A stretch of 64,000 nucleotides of DNA, taken from NCBI GenBank assembly GCA_010093605.1, contig MU004195.1, forward strand, positions 1,255,566 to 1,319,565, given 5' to 3'. Positions 36,738 to 51,415 of this stretch are shown one piece after another. This DNA is from Lophium mytilinum. Its lineage: Eukaryota. Each line of letters starts with the position of its first letter. Position 1 is the first letter of the stretch. The notes under the pieces are model-generated. The model worked only from the letters and a program-made list of their open reading frames with translations. It was not told the origin of the DNA and did no database searches. A program made the position numbers and the translations under genes.

Positions 36738-36747
36738 CCGGCCTCCG
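36738..36747. promoter_or_regulatory. CCGGCCTCCG cluster motif upstream of the second P450
   Basis: CCG-N4-CCG about 155 bp upstream of ATG 36582. Confidence 0.5.
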
Positions 36748-37575
36748 GGGCGACTGAGTAAAGCTACTTTCTACCGCGGAGGAAATTGTGGAGAGGGAGT
36801 ATAGGAAACCCTGGCCACAGATAGACTTCTCCCCGCCTCCATGGTGTATCAGGCGGTCCACGGAGCACCGCGGCATCGGCGAGTGCCTCGAGGAAGGTCG
36901 TACCATTGCCGCATTGGGCTGGGCGGCTTGGATAGGCATCGGGTGAAGATCAAGTAATTGAAAGAAAGATAGGAACGTTTGCTCTCACCCGAAAGTTCAT
37001 GCTGAAGAATTATACGTGTAGACGATGCTCATGTGGAGCAATGCGGTGGTTACAGAGGGGGTTCTCGATTTGGGACAGACCTCTAACCTCTCTGGTAGAA
37101 AGATATCGAGAAGCTTGAGTACGTTGCATCCACTAGCACAGGGCGCTCATCCCATACCTACTTCATTAATGCTACCGTAAGCTCCTAAGCTTCAAGATTC
37201 AATGGCTTGTCGTGGGTTTTTGTACACAATCTTGACCCTTTCATGAAGCATCAAACTTATCTCCAAAATTTCATCGGGCGTAGAACGATCAGTTTGAACA
37301 GTCAGTAGTTCGCGAGGCCATCTCACAGAGAGTCGCAAATATGCAATGCTTTCGGAAAGGGGTGAGTTTGGATGGAAGCGCGCGCAACTCGCCCGTGGTG
37401 TTTGGCTACTTCTAATTGGGCAAAGCGCCAATCTGTCGCGACTGAACTTCCAGACCGCATCGGCGGGATAGAAAAGGCGGCCCTCCCACAACAAACACTC
37501 CACCACTCCTTTGCTCGCAAACCCTCCACCCAATCCGCACCACTCTCTCACACCGTACAACATTCTCGCGCAACT

Positions 37576-38063
37576 ATGGGCGACCACGCAACCGACCACA
37601 AAATGGAGGATGACACCGCCATGCAGAGCCCCGCCGCCAGCGGCGCCATTGAGAACCTGAAGGGCAAGGGAAAGGCCGCTGACCAGCAACCAGAACACAG
37701 CATGGATGAGGAGTCGTCCGATGAAGAGGAGTCTGGCGCTGAGAACGAGGTACGTTTCACTCGTTGCGCCTGAGATGTTGCGTCTGATATTTACTAACAA
37801 CCGTGCCCCACTATAGGCCCATGAAGGTATAAACACCGCCACTGCTCCGCGCCCCCTCGAACAACGTACTGACGAGAGGGACAGCTGAGCCAGAGGACGA
37901 GGATACGATGGAGGAAATCAACACCGACAACATCATCAACGACGGCCGGCGCACTCGCGGTAAAAGCATTGACTTCAAGAAGGCCGCTGCCGAGTTGGAC
38001 GACGACGATGAGGAAGATGACGACGAGGACTTCCAGGACCCAGACGATGCGATGGAGGAGTAG
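37576..38063 (+). CDS. CHZ1: Histone H2A.Z chaperone Chz1
   Basis: Acidic protein with KGKGKA and CHZ motif MEEINTDNII..GRRTRGKSIDF; 10-nt micro-exon at 37817-37826. Confidence 0.88.
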
Positions 38064-39016
38064 AACGCCTTGCAGGTGAGCCGCTAGCCACTACGCGCCG
38101 ACCCATGCGCCTGCCCGCCGCCACGATACTGACAAAACACAGGCGTCTGTCCCTTGTCGCCAACCAGGCCTTACACTTGCATTCTAAAATTTCGTACTGG
38201 TCATTGGGGAGGCCGCCGACAAAGCATCGGATGATCTTGGAGTCTTGGAGTGTGCATGGGAGCTGGATAACGGGCTGGAAAAGGGATCATGGCATGCGGC
38301 TGCTTGGCCATGTAGATTTCCCGGTTGCATAGCATAGTCACTCTGTGATAGTCCTGAAATATCACCATTTGTGGCAGAATGCACTGCTGGCTAGGTGATG
38401 GGTGCAACATAACACAGTCTAGAATTGATGCTCGACTAAAGGAGAATTCCCTTGACTGCCCAATGACGCCAATAAAGACTGAAGGAACCTCGTGATACTC
38501 GAAATGCTAAACCTAGGCCTCTATCTTCTAAGGACCTCTTGCGACCGAAAGAACGCGCAGGTATTCTTAGTTCTTTAGACTTCTGAAACGAGCTCTCAAA
38601 ACATCTATTTTGTGGAATTTTCTCTTTGTCTTGGGTCTTCCTTCTGATAAGTTACCTCCCATTACCTCTTGCGCTCTGCTTGATTGAAACGCTGCGCGTT
38701 GATAGGCCGTTAGGTACGCCATCGGCTAAGTATCCGTAATATTTCTACTTGGAAAGCCTGTACATGATTCCAGCCGGGAGCCTTTTTGTGAAGTCGTGCT
38801 TCGTAGGCTAGTCACCGTTATATGCGGCCAGAAATCAGGATCGAATCAAGTACGCAGTCATCTTGCGAAGTGGAGATAACGTAGTCGGATATATGTTTGT
38901 CTCTGCTATACAATATGACCTCCCCTCCTCTAAAAGTACAGTGAAGGTTCGCTCGAGTATGCCATGCCAGTTCCGGAAACGCCAATTGATGTGTTTGAGA
39001 TGGTGAAGTCGATGAT

Positions 39017-39336
39017 CTACACAAGTTTGCGGACGTACTCGATCGCGAAAGGAGCTGAGCATCGTCATCAGCGTCGTATTGGTCTGATCGTTGGATATTG
39101 TTGGATATACGTACAGAGGTAGAGTAAGAGACACATCCCAGCGGTGAACCTGATCTCCTGGCTTGCTTGCGCTTCTTGAGCCTAAGAATTGCGGTCAGTA
39201 TCTTCCCCGTGGGTGTAATCAGAGAAATCTCCTAACCTCAAGCTCGGCTTTGGAAGGTGGTGGTGGTTCTACCGCGTCCATTAGTATAGATTCTTGGGGG
39301 AGAATTAATCGGAAGAAACTCACGTCCGGCAAACAT
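39017..39336 (-). CDS. TOM5: Mitochondrial import receptor subunit Tom5 (49 aa, 4 exons; absent from the ORF track)
   Basis: Exons of 13, 32, 67 and 38 nt splice to MFAGQPPPPSKAELEAQEAQASQEIRFTAGMCLLLYLSPFAIEYVRKLV*. The MFxG start and LYLSPF tail anchor match Pezizomycotina Tom5. Confidence 0.88.
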
Positions 39337-39579
39337 GGTCATAAAAGGGTTTGTTGGGGGAAGCTGTGCGACCTTAGATGCTCCTCAAATACAAGTAACT
39401 AAAAAGTGAACGGCGTCCGGTGAAACGATATTCCGAGGGGATGGCCCGAGCTCAGCGTCCAGCGCTCTTTCAACGACTTCACGCGCTCCATCGCCATTGT
39501 CTGAAAGGACATCTTCGACATCTCACAGTAACGACACCACCTCTGCTGCGTCACTGCTCCACGACTCACTCGCGCCATC

Positions 39580-41087
39580 ATGGAGGACGTCGAATTCACC
39601 CGCTCTCACTCGAAGTCCCCCCTTCCAGAGGCCGGGCACGATCCTCAAGATCCTCTCCGCCCTGAAATCGAAGAAGAGAACTCCACCCCAACCCCACCGT
39701 TCCTGAACCCAACCCAAGACATGGAGACTGCAGGAAACAGGCCCGAAACGCCAGATGAAGACGACCCGGACGTTCAAGCCGACCCCAACCTCTCTGACAA
39801 TGATTCCGATCTTTCAGATGTAGATGAGGCGCAGTTTGACGACTTCGACCCTGCCAACATCGCTATCGAGGATCGGCCGGTTCTTGACGAGACCAATCTG
39901 AACCTCATCGGTGTGCACAAGCGCAAGCGAACGGAGGGAGAGGCTGACGGGGACGCGAAGAAAAAGAAGAAGCGCGATAATCGACGAGAGAAGCCAAGGA
40001 AGTCACGGAAGGGTCGCAGTGGCGATGATGAAGCTGCAAGTGGAGGTGAGGGCGAGAGCAGGCGGCGAAAGCGAAGGGAGGGAGGCGGCGGGAGAGCTAG
40101 GGCTGCGACTCCGCCAGAGGAGAACGAGGAGAATCTGTCTCCTGAAGAACGTATGTGGCTTCTATGCATGTACACATGTCGACGATTTGGTACTAACTTG
40201 ATTTTAGGACGAAGACGCGCTCTCGACAGGGCTATGGACGAAGCACTGAAGAAGGGTGGTACTCGCCGCCGCAAGAAGGACGGTATCGACCTGGAACAAA
40301 TGGCCGATGCTGAAATCGAAGACATGCGACGGCGCATGACAGACGCTGCGAAGTGGGATAACGAGGGTCGGGACCGTGGCCTGCCTGCGATGCATAAGCT
40401 CAAGCTCCTCCCCGAGGTCGTAGCATTACTCAACAAGAATACGCTGAAGGAGTCTTTGGTGGATCCGGATATCAACCTCCTGCAAGCTGTCCGATTCTTC
40501 CTAGAGCCACTCAACGACGGCAGTCTCCCGGCGTATAACATCCAGCGCGAGCTCTTTACCGCTCTTGGGAAGTTGCCAATCACGAAGGACAGCCTCGTGG
40601 CCAGCGGTATTGGCAAGGTCATCATGTTCTACACGAAGAGCAAGCGCCCTGAGCAAGTTATCAAGCGGCAAGCGGAGCGTCTATTCAACGACTGGACCCG
40701 CCCTATCTTGAAGCAGAACGACGACTACCGCAAGAAGGATTTCCAGTCAGCCGCTTACGATAAGCAGTATGTTTCCCTCAACAATTATCCAATCCACATG
40801 TTTGCGTTGCTAACAGCCTCTCTAGGGATCTCCCTGTGCGTTCTATCAATCCAGTAAACTCCCAGGCTGCTGCCCAGGCCGCTGCTCGCAAGAAGGCGCT
40901 TGAGACACCGAAAGTCTGGAACCGAGCTAGGATGGAAGCCGGTCCTACCACCTACACCATCGTCCCGAAGACCAACGTCCAGGTTGAAGAGAAAAAGGTC
41001 CAACGTGCACCGGGTGCGGCAGGGGACGAGGCCTTTAGGCGTATGCGTGCCAAGCAGCTGGGAAAGACTGGCCGCGGCGGAAGGTAG
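39580..41087 (+). CDS. IWS1: Transcription elongation factor Iws1/Spn1
   Basis: Acidic/basic N-terminus, PAMHKLKLLPEV, FFLEPLNDGSLPAYNIQR, SGIGKVIMFY, WTRPIL (TFIIS N-terminal domain); two introns. Confidence 0.93.
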
Positions 41088-41578
41088 TAGAGCTTTCTGT
41101 TCATCGAGCGTGCTGGCGTTAGTCTGGTGACGGGGTTTCCCGTCATATCTCCTGCATTGGCGGCGTTGAGATTGAATATTTTCGTGGGTAGCGGATGCGA
41201 TAAGTCAACAGGAATATATATTTCTCTTTCGAAAGAATCTTCTGCAATTATGACGAGAACCTAGCTACTATCTGACCAAAGTATCCACTTATGCGCTGTC
41301 CTGGATCGTAGCTTTTTTTTCTTGGGGGGGGGGGGGGAGAGGTACAGTCAACAGTCCCGCATACCTCCCAACGCAGCATCTCTGAACATATAGCAGTTTA
41401 CATCACCACCAAGTCACCATGCATATTATACACCAGCTGATGCCATTCACTAACTACGCTCACAGGCGACGATTTCAGAACTTCGGAGTTTAAAAAATGG
41501 CAACGCGAGACCTATGTACACATATAATGCAACGCCCTAGAAACTTATACACAGCCGCGCCCCAGCTCTCGCAACACC

Positions 41579-44046
41579 TTACGCAGCGGCAGCCAACTGG
41601 CCCGCAGGAGGGCCGTAGCCGACTTGCGGGTTGGGCTCGCCGGGGGCCATGAAGTTGGTTTGGGGGTTCTTTTGTGCCTTGGCGGCGGAGCAGCGGGCCA
41701 TTGTTGGGGAGCTGGAATGGATGTAAGTCTTTTGCTCGTGATAAACGGAGAGGTAGATAGGGGCTGCAACTTACTTTCTTGAAATAGAGTCTGTGAAGTA
41801 GAAGTTATCGATAACCTTCTTCAGTGGCGCACCCGTCGGCTTGGCGCCCTTGTTCATGTCCACGAGCTGCACCTTCGTGAGCTGTGGTAGACCGGTCGAC
41901 TCCACCACGTCGTAGCGTCGTAGCGCGGGGGAAATCTCCTCCATACGGTCTCGCAAGGCTTCGACGTCGTCGAATGGTAGCGGTGCGCCGAGGTATTCTG
42001 ATGCGGCGCGGATGATCTTCCAGTCTTCCCTCGCGGCACCAGGTAATGAGACCGCGTTGCGAGACATCTGTGCGCGGCCCTCGGTGTTGATGTATGTGAC
42101 CGACTTCTCGGTGTATGCAGCGCCGGGGAGAACGACGTCTGCTATTTGTGCACCTCGGTCGCCGTGGTGGCCTTGGTAAACGACAAACGCGTCCTTGGGG
42201 ATCTCAGCTTCGTTGATTTCATCGGCTCCTAGCAGCCAGATGAACTTGGGTTTAGTATCTGCGACGGTTTGGGACGGGACGGTGAAGCCGACTTCGTATG
42301 CACCGGCACGGGAAGCCGACCGTTGGAGGACGTTGTAGCCGTTCCACTCTGGCGTGGTGAAGTTGGCTTTGTGCTTGTCGATAAAGGTGCCGACAATGTC
42401 GTATATAGCTTTGGCGTCGGGGTTCTCGACGACTCCGCTACCCATAATAATCATAGGCTTCTTCGCAGCTTGAAGCTTCTTGCCGAATGCACCGGCGAGG
42501 GCTGACTTCAGACTTGCAGCAGTGTCCCCGAATTTCTCATATTCGAACGTGCTCTCGAAATCCTGACCGACAAGGCCAATTTCCAGATCTGACCTCAGCC
42601 ACTGCTTCCTAATACGGGCATTGAGAACAGCGGCTTCGTGTCGTGGGTTGGTGCCAACAAGGAGTATGGCGTCAGCTTCTTCCACGCCATAAATTTTAGA
42701 GTTGAAGGTGTAGTTGGATCGGACATCAATTCCATGGGCGACTGGCTCGCTCCCTTTGGGCTGGTCCAGAGCTAGGTTCTCGGAGCCCAACTTATTTGCA
42801 AGATCCTTCATGGCCACTAGAGTCTCGGTTTCGACTAATGGCCCGGCAATGACCTTGAACTCATCGCCCTTCGGTGCTATCCGCTTGTATGCATTTCCTA
42901 TCTCAACCAGTGCCTGTTCCCATGAAGCTGGTTGGAAGCTGTCCTCGGTCCGAATGAGCGGGTTGACGAGTCTCTGGGTGCTCAAGGCGTCGCAGGCAAA
43001 TCGTGACTTGTCGTTGATCCATTCCTCGTTGATATCATCATTCAGACGCGGTAGTATCCTCATGACCTGGATACCTCGCGCATCTATCCGAATATTAGAT
43101 CCGAGTCCGTCAAGCACATCTATAGATTCGGTGTGGTATAGCTCCCAGGGCCTGGCCTTGAACGCGTATGGCTTTGATGTCAATGCACCCACGGGGCATA
43201 GATCAATGACATTTCCGGAAAGTTCGGTATCCAAGGCGGTTTCCAGGTAAGTACCAATCTGTAGGTCGTTGCCGCGTCCCGTAGATCCGAGTTCTGGAGC
43301 TCCTGCGACGTCGTTGGCGAATCGGACGCAACGGGTGCAATGAATACACCTGTTCATTGAGGTCTAGCCTGGTCAGCGCATACTCTCTCATACCCTGATA
43401 ACAGCAATTACTTTGATCAAAGGTCCAATGTTCTTGTCCTCAACCGCGCGCTTTCCTCCCATTTCGTGGAACCGCCCTCTGTCCGCTCCATACCGCATTG
43501 ACTGATCCTGCAAGTCGCACTCGCCACCTTGGTCGCAGATGGGGCAGTCCAGGGGATGATTGGCGAGGAGGAACTCCATGACACCCTCGCGGGCTTTGTG
43601 GACGAGCGGAGAGTTGGTCTTGACGACCATTCCGGGTTGTACGGGCCAGGCACACGATGCCACGGGCTTCGGGGCTCTTTCCACCTCCACCAAGCACATG
43701 CGGCAATTACCAGCAATCATGAGCTTCTCGTGATAGCAGTACCGCGGGACTGTGCTTCCGGCCTTCTCGCATGCTTGTATCAAGGCGGATCCGGCTATTG
43801 TGGTTGTCAGAGGGCCATTTAGGGCTCAGCAGGGTCGTAAGGTCCGGCATACCTTCGATTGATACTTTCTTTCCATCTGCAGAGCTCGTTAGCAGCTGTT
43901 CCTGCGGCGCCACGCATCCGGCACATACCTATTGTGAGCTCCACCTCGGCCGGCCTGGCGGTGGTGGACGCAAAGGTCCGGCTGCCATTGAGGGCGGCAA
44001 GCCTCGTCGGCTTCCTCAGCGACCGGAGCAATTGTTGCCGCAGCAT
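41579..44046 (-). CDS. nuo78: NADH:ubiquinone oxidoreductase 75/78-kDa Fe-S subunit (NDUFS1 orthologue)
   Basis: Mitochondrial presequence, [59 protein letters not shown]; last exon SPTMARCS...AAA*. Confidence 0.96.
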
Positions 44047-45957
44047 GTCGGGGCGTGATGAGGGGAGATGGCGATGGCAAAACAGCTCGTTGACGTCTGG
44101 AGTTGGAGTTTCGCCCTCGCGCCACTTTGGGCTAGGCGATTAATAAGGCGGTCATGATTGGCCCACCTGGCCCAAGCTCGCCTTTTTCGCAGTACAAAAG
44201 GAATCGCGCCCTGAGAACCTCTTCCTTCCTCACTCATTACGGACACAATTTATTGTAGGACCCTTTGGCTGGCACTCTTTTGCGCCAGCACCATCGAATC
44301 TTCCTCTATTACGTGCCCCAGATCGCGACTTGTCGTGCGATGTTAGCTGGAGCCGGCTTCGAGTTTTCTCAAGTGGAGCCGTGTTCCTTTACCAACAGCG
44401 CTACATGCCTTTTCATCGGCATTACCTTCGTAGATTTGCTCCTTGATGTTCCCTTCTGACGAACAGAGCTGCAAAACTAGAGTGACCATGATCCTCCATT
44501 CACGATGATATCGCCCTTTCCACTGATGTCTACGTTGCAGCGAGGTGGCTGGCTGAAATGGACACTAGCAATTTGATCAATTATACTTGGTCCGAACAAC
44601 TCCCCTCTCTCGAGGTCTTTCTATCCTGAGCTGTTATCTTCCTGCAACCGTATCTTTACCGCTCTTGTGTCTTTGACTCTTCCTGGCGCCGACCAAGTTT
44701 CAAGATCGCCTAACATAGCAGTATTGATTCTTGAGCTAGTAGACGATATTCCCATTGGACATATCATTAGGTTGCCAGTAGCCGAAATCCATATGCTTAG
44801 TATTGGAACTCCTCTTATGCTCCAGCCAACAGGACCAGGTAGCTTGTTTAGAGCGTTCTCTACCTTCTGGATGAGCTGACAGCTGCGATCACCCTGGGTA
44901 ACTTCACGAATTGTCCACCTTTGCGGTACACTGCAGCAATCGGGCACCCCCGTCATATCCAATGACCATTCGTTCATTACGAGACCTGTGTGCCCCCCTG
45001 ATATACCTTCCAATCTAGAATAAGGCTGTCCGAGAAGTCGTATGCAGGTAATCCGCCATCCCGGATTCCATTTCAAAACCCCCCTCGTACACCACCACGC
45101 CTTTGTTCGTAATGCCTCAGCCCTTCAACACCAAGCAATACCAATCTATATCCATATACGACACATTACATGAGTCCCGAGGACGTGTCCCAAAGCCTCA
45201 ATCGCTTTTATATGCCCCTTCTGTTAATTGGTTCCGGGACCGTTTAACTCTCCCTTTACTTCCTACATGGACTCCAATTGAGATTCACAGCTTGCAAGAT
45301 ATCGCATGTACACTCCTAATCTACTGTAACAAAGCCTCAAGCATACGCCCAGCCCCTAGCAAGCTGACGACTTTATTCAAGAGGTTACCGTATTGCCAGA
45401 GCTTACTGATTCCCTTCATCGTAAAGACTGGTCTAGACGAACCGCAAAGGTCAAACGCGCTGACTGTACCTACCTAGCAAGCTCATCTCGACTCTTTGTA
45501 AAGGCCAAAGTCGAACTACAGCCCTATTTCCAGCTCGTATATCAGCAGTATTTAGGCGTGTACCTCCAAGCTCTCGTAGTGGGGCAGTGATGGATTGCGT
45601 GCTCGACCTCGAACCACCGAACCCGCGCAGCTGTGTCATGCCCGCCCGAAGACTTTTTCCCACCATCCCACCACCGAGCAACGCCGTCGGCCCTGGCATC
45701 AGCAGCATGGCAGAGCGAATTCGGAGCCGGGCTGATGGGAGCAAGACGTGGGAGAGGGGTGGGGAAGTGGCCGAACAAGGCGCGTCTTTGCTATTTAAAC
45801 TCCTTAAAGAATCCATGTGGCCCCATCTTGCACTCCACCACACGCGATTCGATTCCCCAGCTTCCTCGCACTCTAGCCTCCCATTGCGCCGTGGCGAGAT
45901 CCTCAGACTCTATTCACCTTTTCTGGACGCTTTCGGCTGCAAGCTAGCGAATTGCAC

Positions 45958-45980
45958 AAGACGCCATTGTATGACGTGAC
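45958..45980. promoter_or_regulatory. Tandem near-consensus CYS-3/MetR bZIP sites upstream of MET17/cysD
   Basis: AAGACGCCAT (9/10 to ATGRYRYCAT) and ATGACGTGAC (8/10), 160-180 bp upstream of a sulfur-assimilation gene. Confidence 0.45.
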
Positions 45981-46136
45981 GCGCGGGCCACCATCACAGT
46001 TTACTGGGTTACCCCACCTCTTTGTTGCTGGCACGCGAGAGCTTTAGAATCCCAGGATATCCTTCTTCTCGGGATCTGTGACACCGGATTCTACTTGTAG
46101 TTTCAAATTGGGTATTGAACTCGACGAGCTCTCACT

Positions 46137-47931
<1,795 letters not shown>

Positions 47932-49104
47932 GGGAAAAGGTTGGGTGGGTGGAGCGTGGAGAGCAGAGATACCTAGGTTGAAGTCATTTTGGTCGCAATG
48001 TCCGTGTGGCTAGAGCCTCTTGCAAAACAGTGATTGGTGTTTCACATTGCATGTGCAACGCCGAGCTCGCAATCCCTGTGGCTCTCCATACAAATCGAGG
48101 TCCGCTGGCCGCATGTCAGGTGGACACCCCCGGACTGCGGCCGTATAGCGATAGCGAGCTGGCGGAGGATGGTGTCAAGACGTTGTAGGCCCGAGAGAAG
48201 ATACCGAGGTGTCTTTCTCCGCATTTGAACGCAACAACATCAACTCCACAATCTTGATGCTGGCACACGGGCGTCTTGAGGTGCTGGCCTTGTTCTCTGC
48301 GCCACTGCTAACTTAGCGCACAACGCGTTAGGCCTCCCGAGGTACCACCCAGATCTCGCGGCTAGGCCTCCAGGATTAGATCCAAAGATGAGGTGCAGCA
48401 TGTGAAGACAAACAAGCATTTGACGTACCTTGCTACATCATCAAGGGTGACGCGCGCGCTCGTGAATCTTACGGACACATATTCGCTGCACTAATTAGAC
48501 GACATCCCACCACGCCCTCTACCCCAGACTTTCTTCTGACCGTCCCCGATAGCGCTCTCGGTCATTCTGCCCGATCGACGTTCACTCCGCCAGCTTGGCC
48601 CGCACTTTTTCGAACTTTGCTTCTTTGGGAGGGACCGAGGCATCCGCAACTCGTTCCTTTTACAGCAGAAGAGCAGCGGATTCCTTGAAAGAAGGCGACA
48701 GACTTCTTCCACTCCTTTCTCCATAATTTACACCTCTCTCCTTTACACACCACCTCAGTCTTGCACATCGTGACGCTGTGCAACCGTAGAAATTTACTCC
48801 CCGCCGCCCCCACCAACCCCGTCAAGCTTCCCCCAGAGTTCTTGGTAGTGGCGTCGAAGCCCTGTGCATCCGCTGTAAGTGGCTTGCATCCCATCTCGGC
48901 ATCGCCGACACTGCGTTTTCGTTTACCCAGGTGCTGTTCCTGAGGCTGATGCGATGATAGCAACCGCTGTTCGGGTCATCATCCTCCGCAATCCTTCGCA
49001 CGGTGCTGCGCCGCTGAGTCCGGATTCCTAGCTCAGCCGGAGTAGAAAGGGCTCTTCGATCTACGGGAATCGGTCTTGACACTCGAAGCCTTTGATAATT
49101 CAAT

Positions 49105-51415
49105 ATGTTCGGGTCGACTCCTCTCGCTATTGAGCGTGCGGCTGAATTCGCGAAGCCGCCGCCTGTGGGACAGCCTCACAGCGTCGCCTTGCCTGGGTCG
49201 AAGCAGGAGGGGCGGACAGCTGTGTATAGGCATTGGCGGTTCCAGGACGGGCTATTGAAGACGTTGGATCCTGCGGTAAGGAAGACACGGATATTGAGCC
49301 ATGGAACTGTACTGACGGGGTTTGGCGTAGATAACGACCTGCCACGAAGCCTTTGAAGCCACAGGTATGTACTCTTCCAGAAGGTTCAATGGATCGGATG
49401 GCTGATTTTGGTTCTAGCAAAACGGATACCGAAACAGAAATGCCTAGGCCACCGCCCGTGGGACCCCGTAACGAAGACCTTTGGAGCATACCAGTGGGAG
49501 GATTACCAGACGGTACAGAGGAGGAGAGCCAACTTCGGGGCTGGCTTGATCGATTTGCATGAGAAGCACGGAGTGACAGGATCCAAATACGCCGTGGGAC
49601 TGTGGTGTCAAAATCGGCCAGAATGGCAGATTACAGACCTAGCATGCATGTCCCAAGGGCTCTTCACCGTCTCCATCTACGATACCCTAGGCCCAGATGC
49701 TGCAGAGTTCATCATCAACCACGCGAACATGGCTTGCGTGGTGACGTCCTTGGCTCATGTCACCACACTCCTGAAGCTGAAACCCCGGCTGCCGTCTCTG
49801 AAATTTATCGTTGTTCTTGATCCTCTCAGTGCAGGCGAGCAACCCGGACAATCCAAAGGCGACCTTCTGAATTCCCTCGCAAACGACATGGGCCTATCAA
49901 TCCACAATCTCCATGACATCGAGGCAGCTGGCGAGAAATCACCACGTCCCTACAACCCGCCTACTCCTAACGATGTTGTAACGATAAACTACACGAGCGG
50001 GACTACAGGTGACCCAAAGGGAGTAGTCCTGACCCATGCCAATGCGGTTTCAGCGACTATGGCGAGCTTTCTTATTCTGAAGTCTGGCAACAACGACGTT
50101 ACTTCGTCGTTCCTCCCATTAGCACACATTTACCAAAGAGTGGGAGAACATACTGCTCTAGCCTCTGGTGCGGCGATTGGCTACTTCCATGGGAATATTG
50201 CAGAGTTGGTAGACGATCTCAAGCTAATTCGGCCCACGGCAATGGCAGCTGTTCCTCGTCTCTACAACCGATTCGGAACTGCTATCAAGGAGAATACCAT
50301 AGAGCAACCCGGTGTCAAGGGGGCTTTGTCCCGGCATATCGTAGCAACCAAGCTTAGTGCGGTCAACAACAAGACACCTGGGGCTGCTACCAACAAGCAC
50401 GCCTTCTACGACCGGATTTGGGCGAAGAAGGTCCAAGCAGCCTTGGGTCTTGACAGATGCAAAACTCTGGTGTCCGGATCTGCGCCCCTCGACCCATCTC
50501 TCCATCAATTCTTGCGCGTGGTAACGGCGAACCACTTTCTGCAGGGCTACGGCCTGACCGAAACATACGCGGTGTCTCTAGCTCAGCTGGACGGTGACGT
50601 GTCGGCCGGAAACTGCGGAGCAGTGGCTCCAAACGGAGAGTGCTGTCTCGAAGATGTCCCAGACATGGAGTACCTCTCATCAGACAAGCCCTACCCCCGC
50701 GGCGAGCTCCTCATCCGCAGCGAGTCCCTCTTCCGCGAATACTACCGCAACGAGGCGGAGACGTCCAAAGCCATCGACAAAGACGGCTGGTTCCACACCG
50801 GCGACATCTGCCACGTCGACGAGCTCGGCCGCTTCAAGATCATCGACCGCAAGAAGAACGTCCTCAAGCTCTCGCAAGGCGAGTACATCTCGCCCGAGCG
50901 CATCGAGAACGTGTATCTCGCCAATCTCGGCTGGCTGGCGACGGCGTATGTCCACGGCGACTCCCACCAGAGCTTCCTAGTTGGTATCTTTGGCATCGCG
51001 CCTGATAGCTTCGCGGCTTTCGCGGGCAAGGTCCTTGGAGAGCCGATCGACCACCTGGATCTCGCGAAGTTGAATGAGGCGTGCCAGAATCCGCGGGTGG
51101 TGAAGGCGGCGCTGGGGGCGTTGGATAAGGTCGGCAAGAAGAACAAGTTCAATAGCTATGAGAAGGTGCGGTCGATCAAGCTGTTTATTGATCCGTTTAC
51201 CATTGATAACGAGCTTTTGACGCCAACGTAAGTCCACTACTCTTTTTTCCGGTCCGCGTGCCTCTTAAAGTCGATTTTGCTAACATAGATGTTTTATCAG
51301 TCTGAAACTCAAGCGCCCGCAAGCTGCGAGGAAATTCCGCGATCATCTGGACGAACTGTATGAAAGTGCACTTGCCGAAGAGAAGAAGAACGCCAAACCG
51401 AAGGCGAAGCTATAG
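49105..51415 (+). CDS. Long-chain fatty acyl-CoA synthetase, peroxisomal (C-terminal AKL PTS1; Faa2-like)
   Basis: INYTSGTTGDPKGV, SFLPLAHIY, QGYGLTET, GWFHTGD, IIDRKKN, LLTPT|LKLKR; ends ...KPKAKL*. Confidence 0.93.

Noticed and set aside
39774..40625. Long antisense ORFs over IWS1 (and similarly over GLT1 and other genes)
   Set aside because: Shadow frames of well-supported genes on the opposite strand.
41313..41337. T-run followed by a G14 homopolymer between IWS1 and nuo78
   Set aside because: Simple sequence in a terminator region whose length is error-prone; no evidence of function.
44250..45900. Short ORFs between nuo78 and MET17
   Set aside because: No spliceable gene model or recognisable domain found; a degraded gene cannot be excluded without BLASTX.
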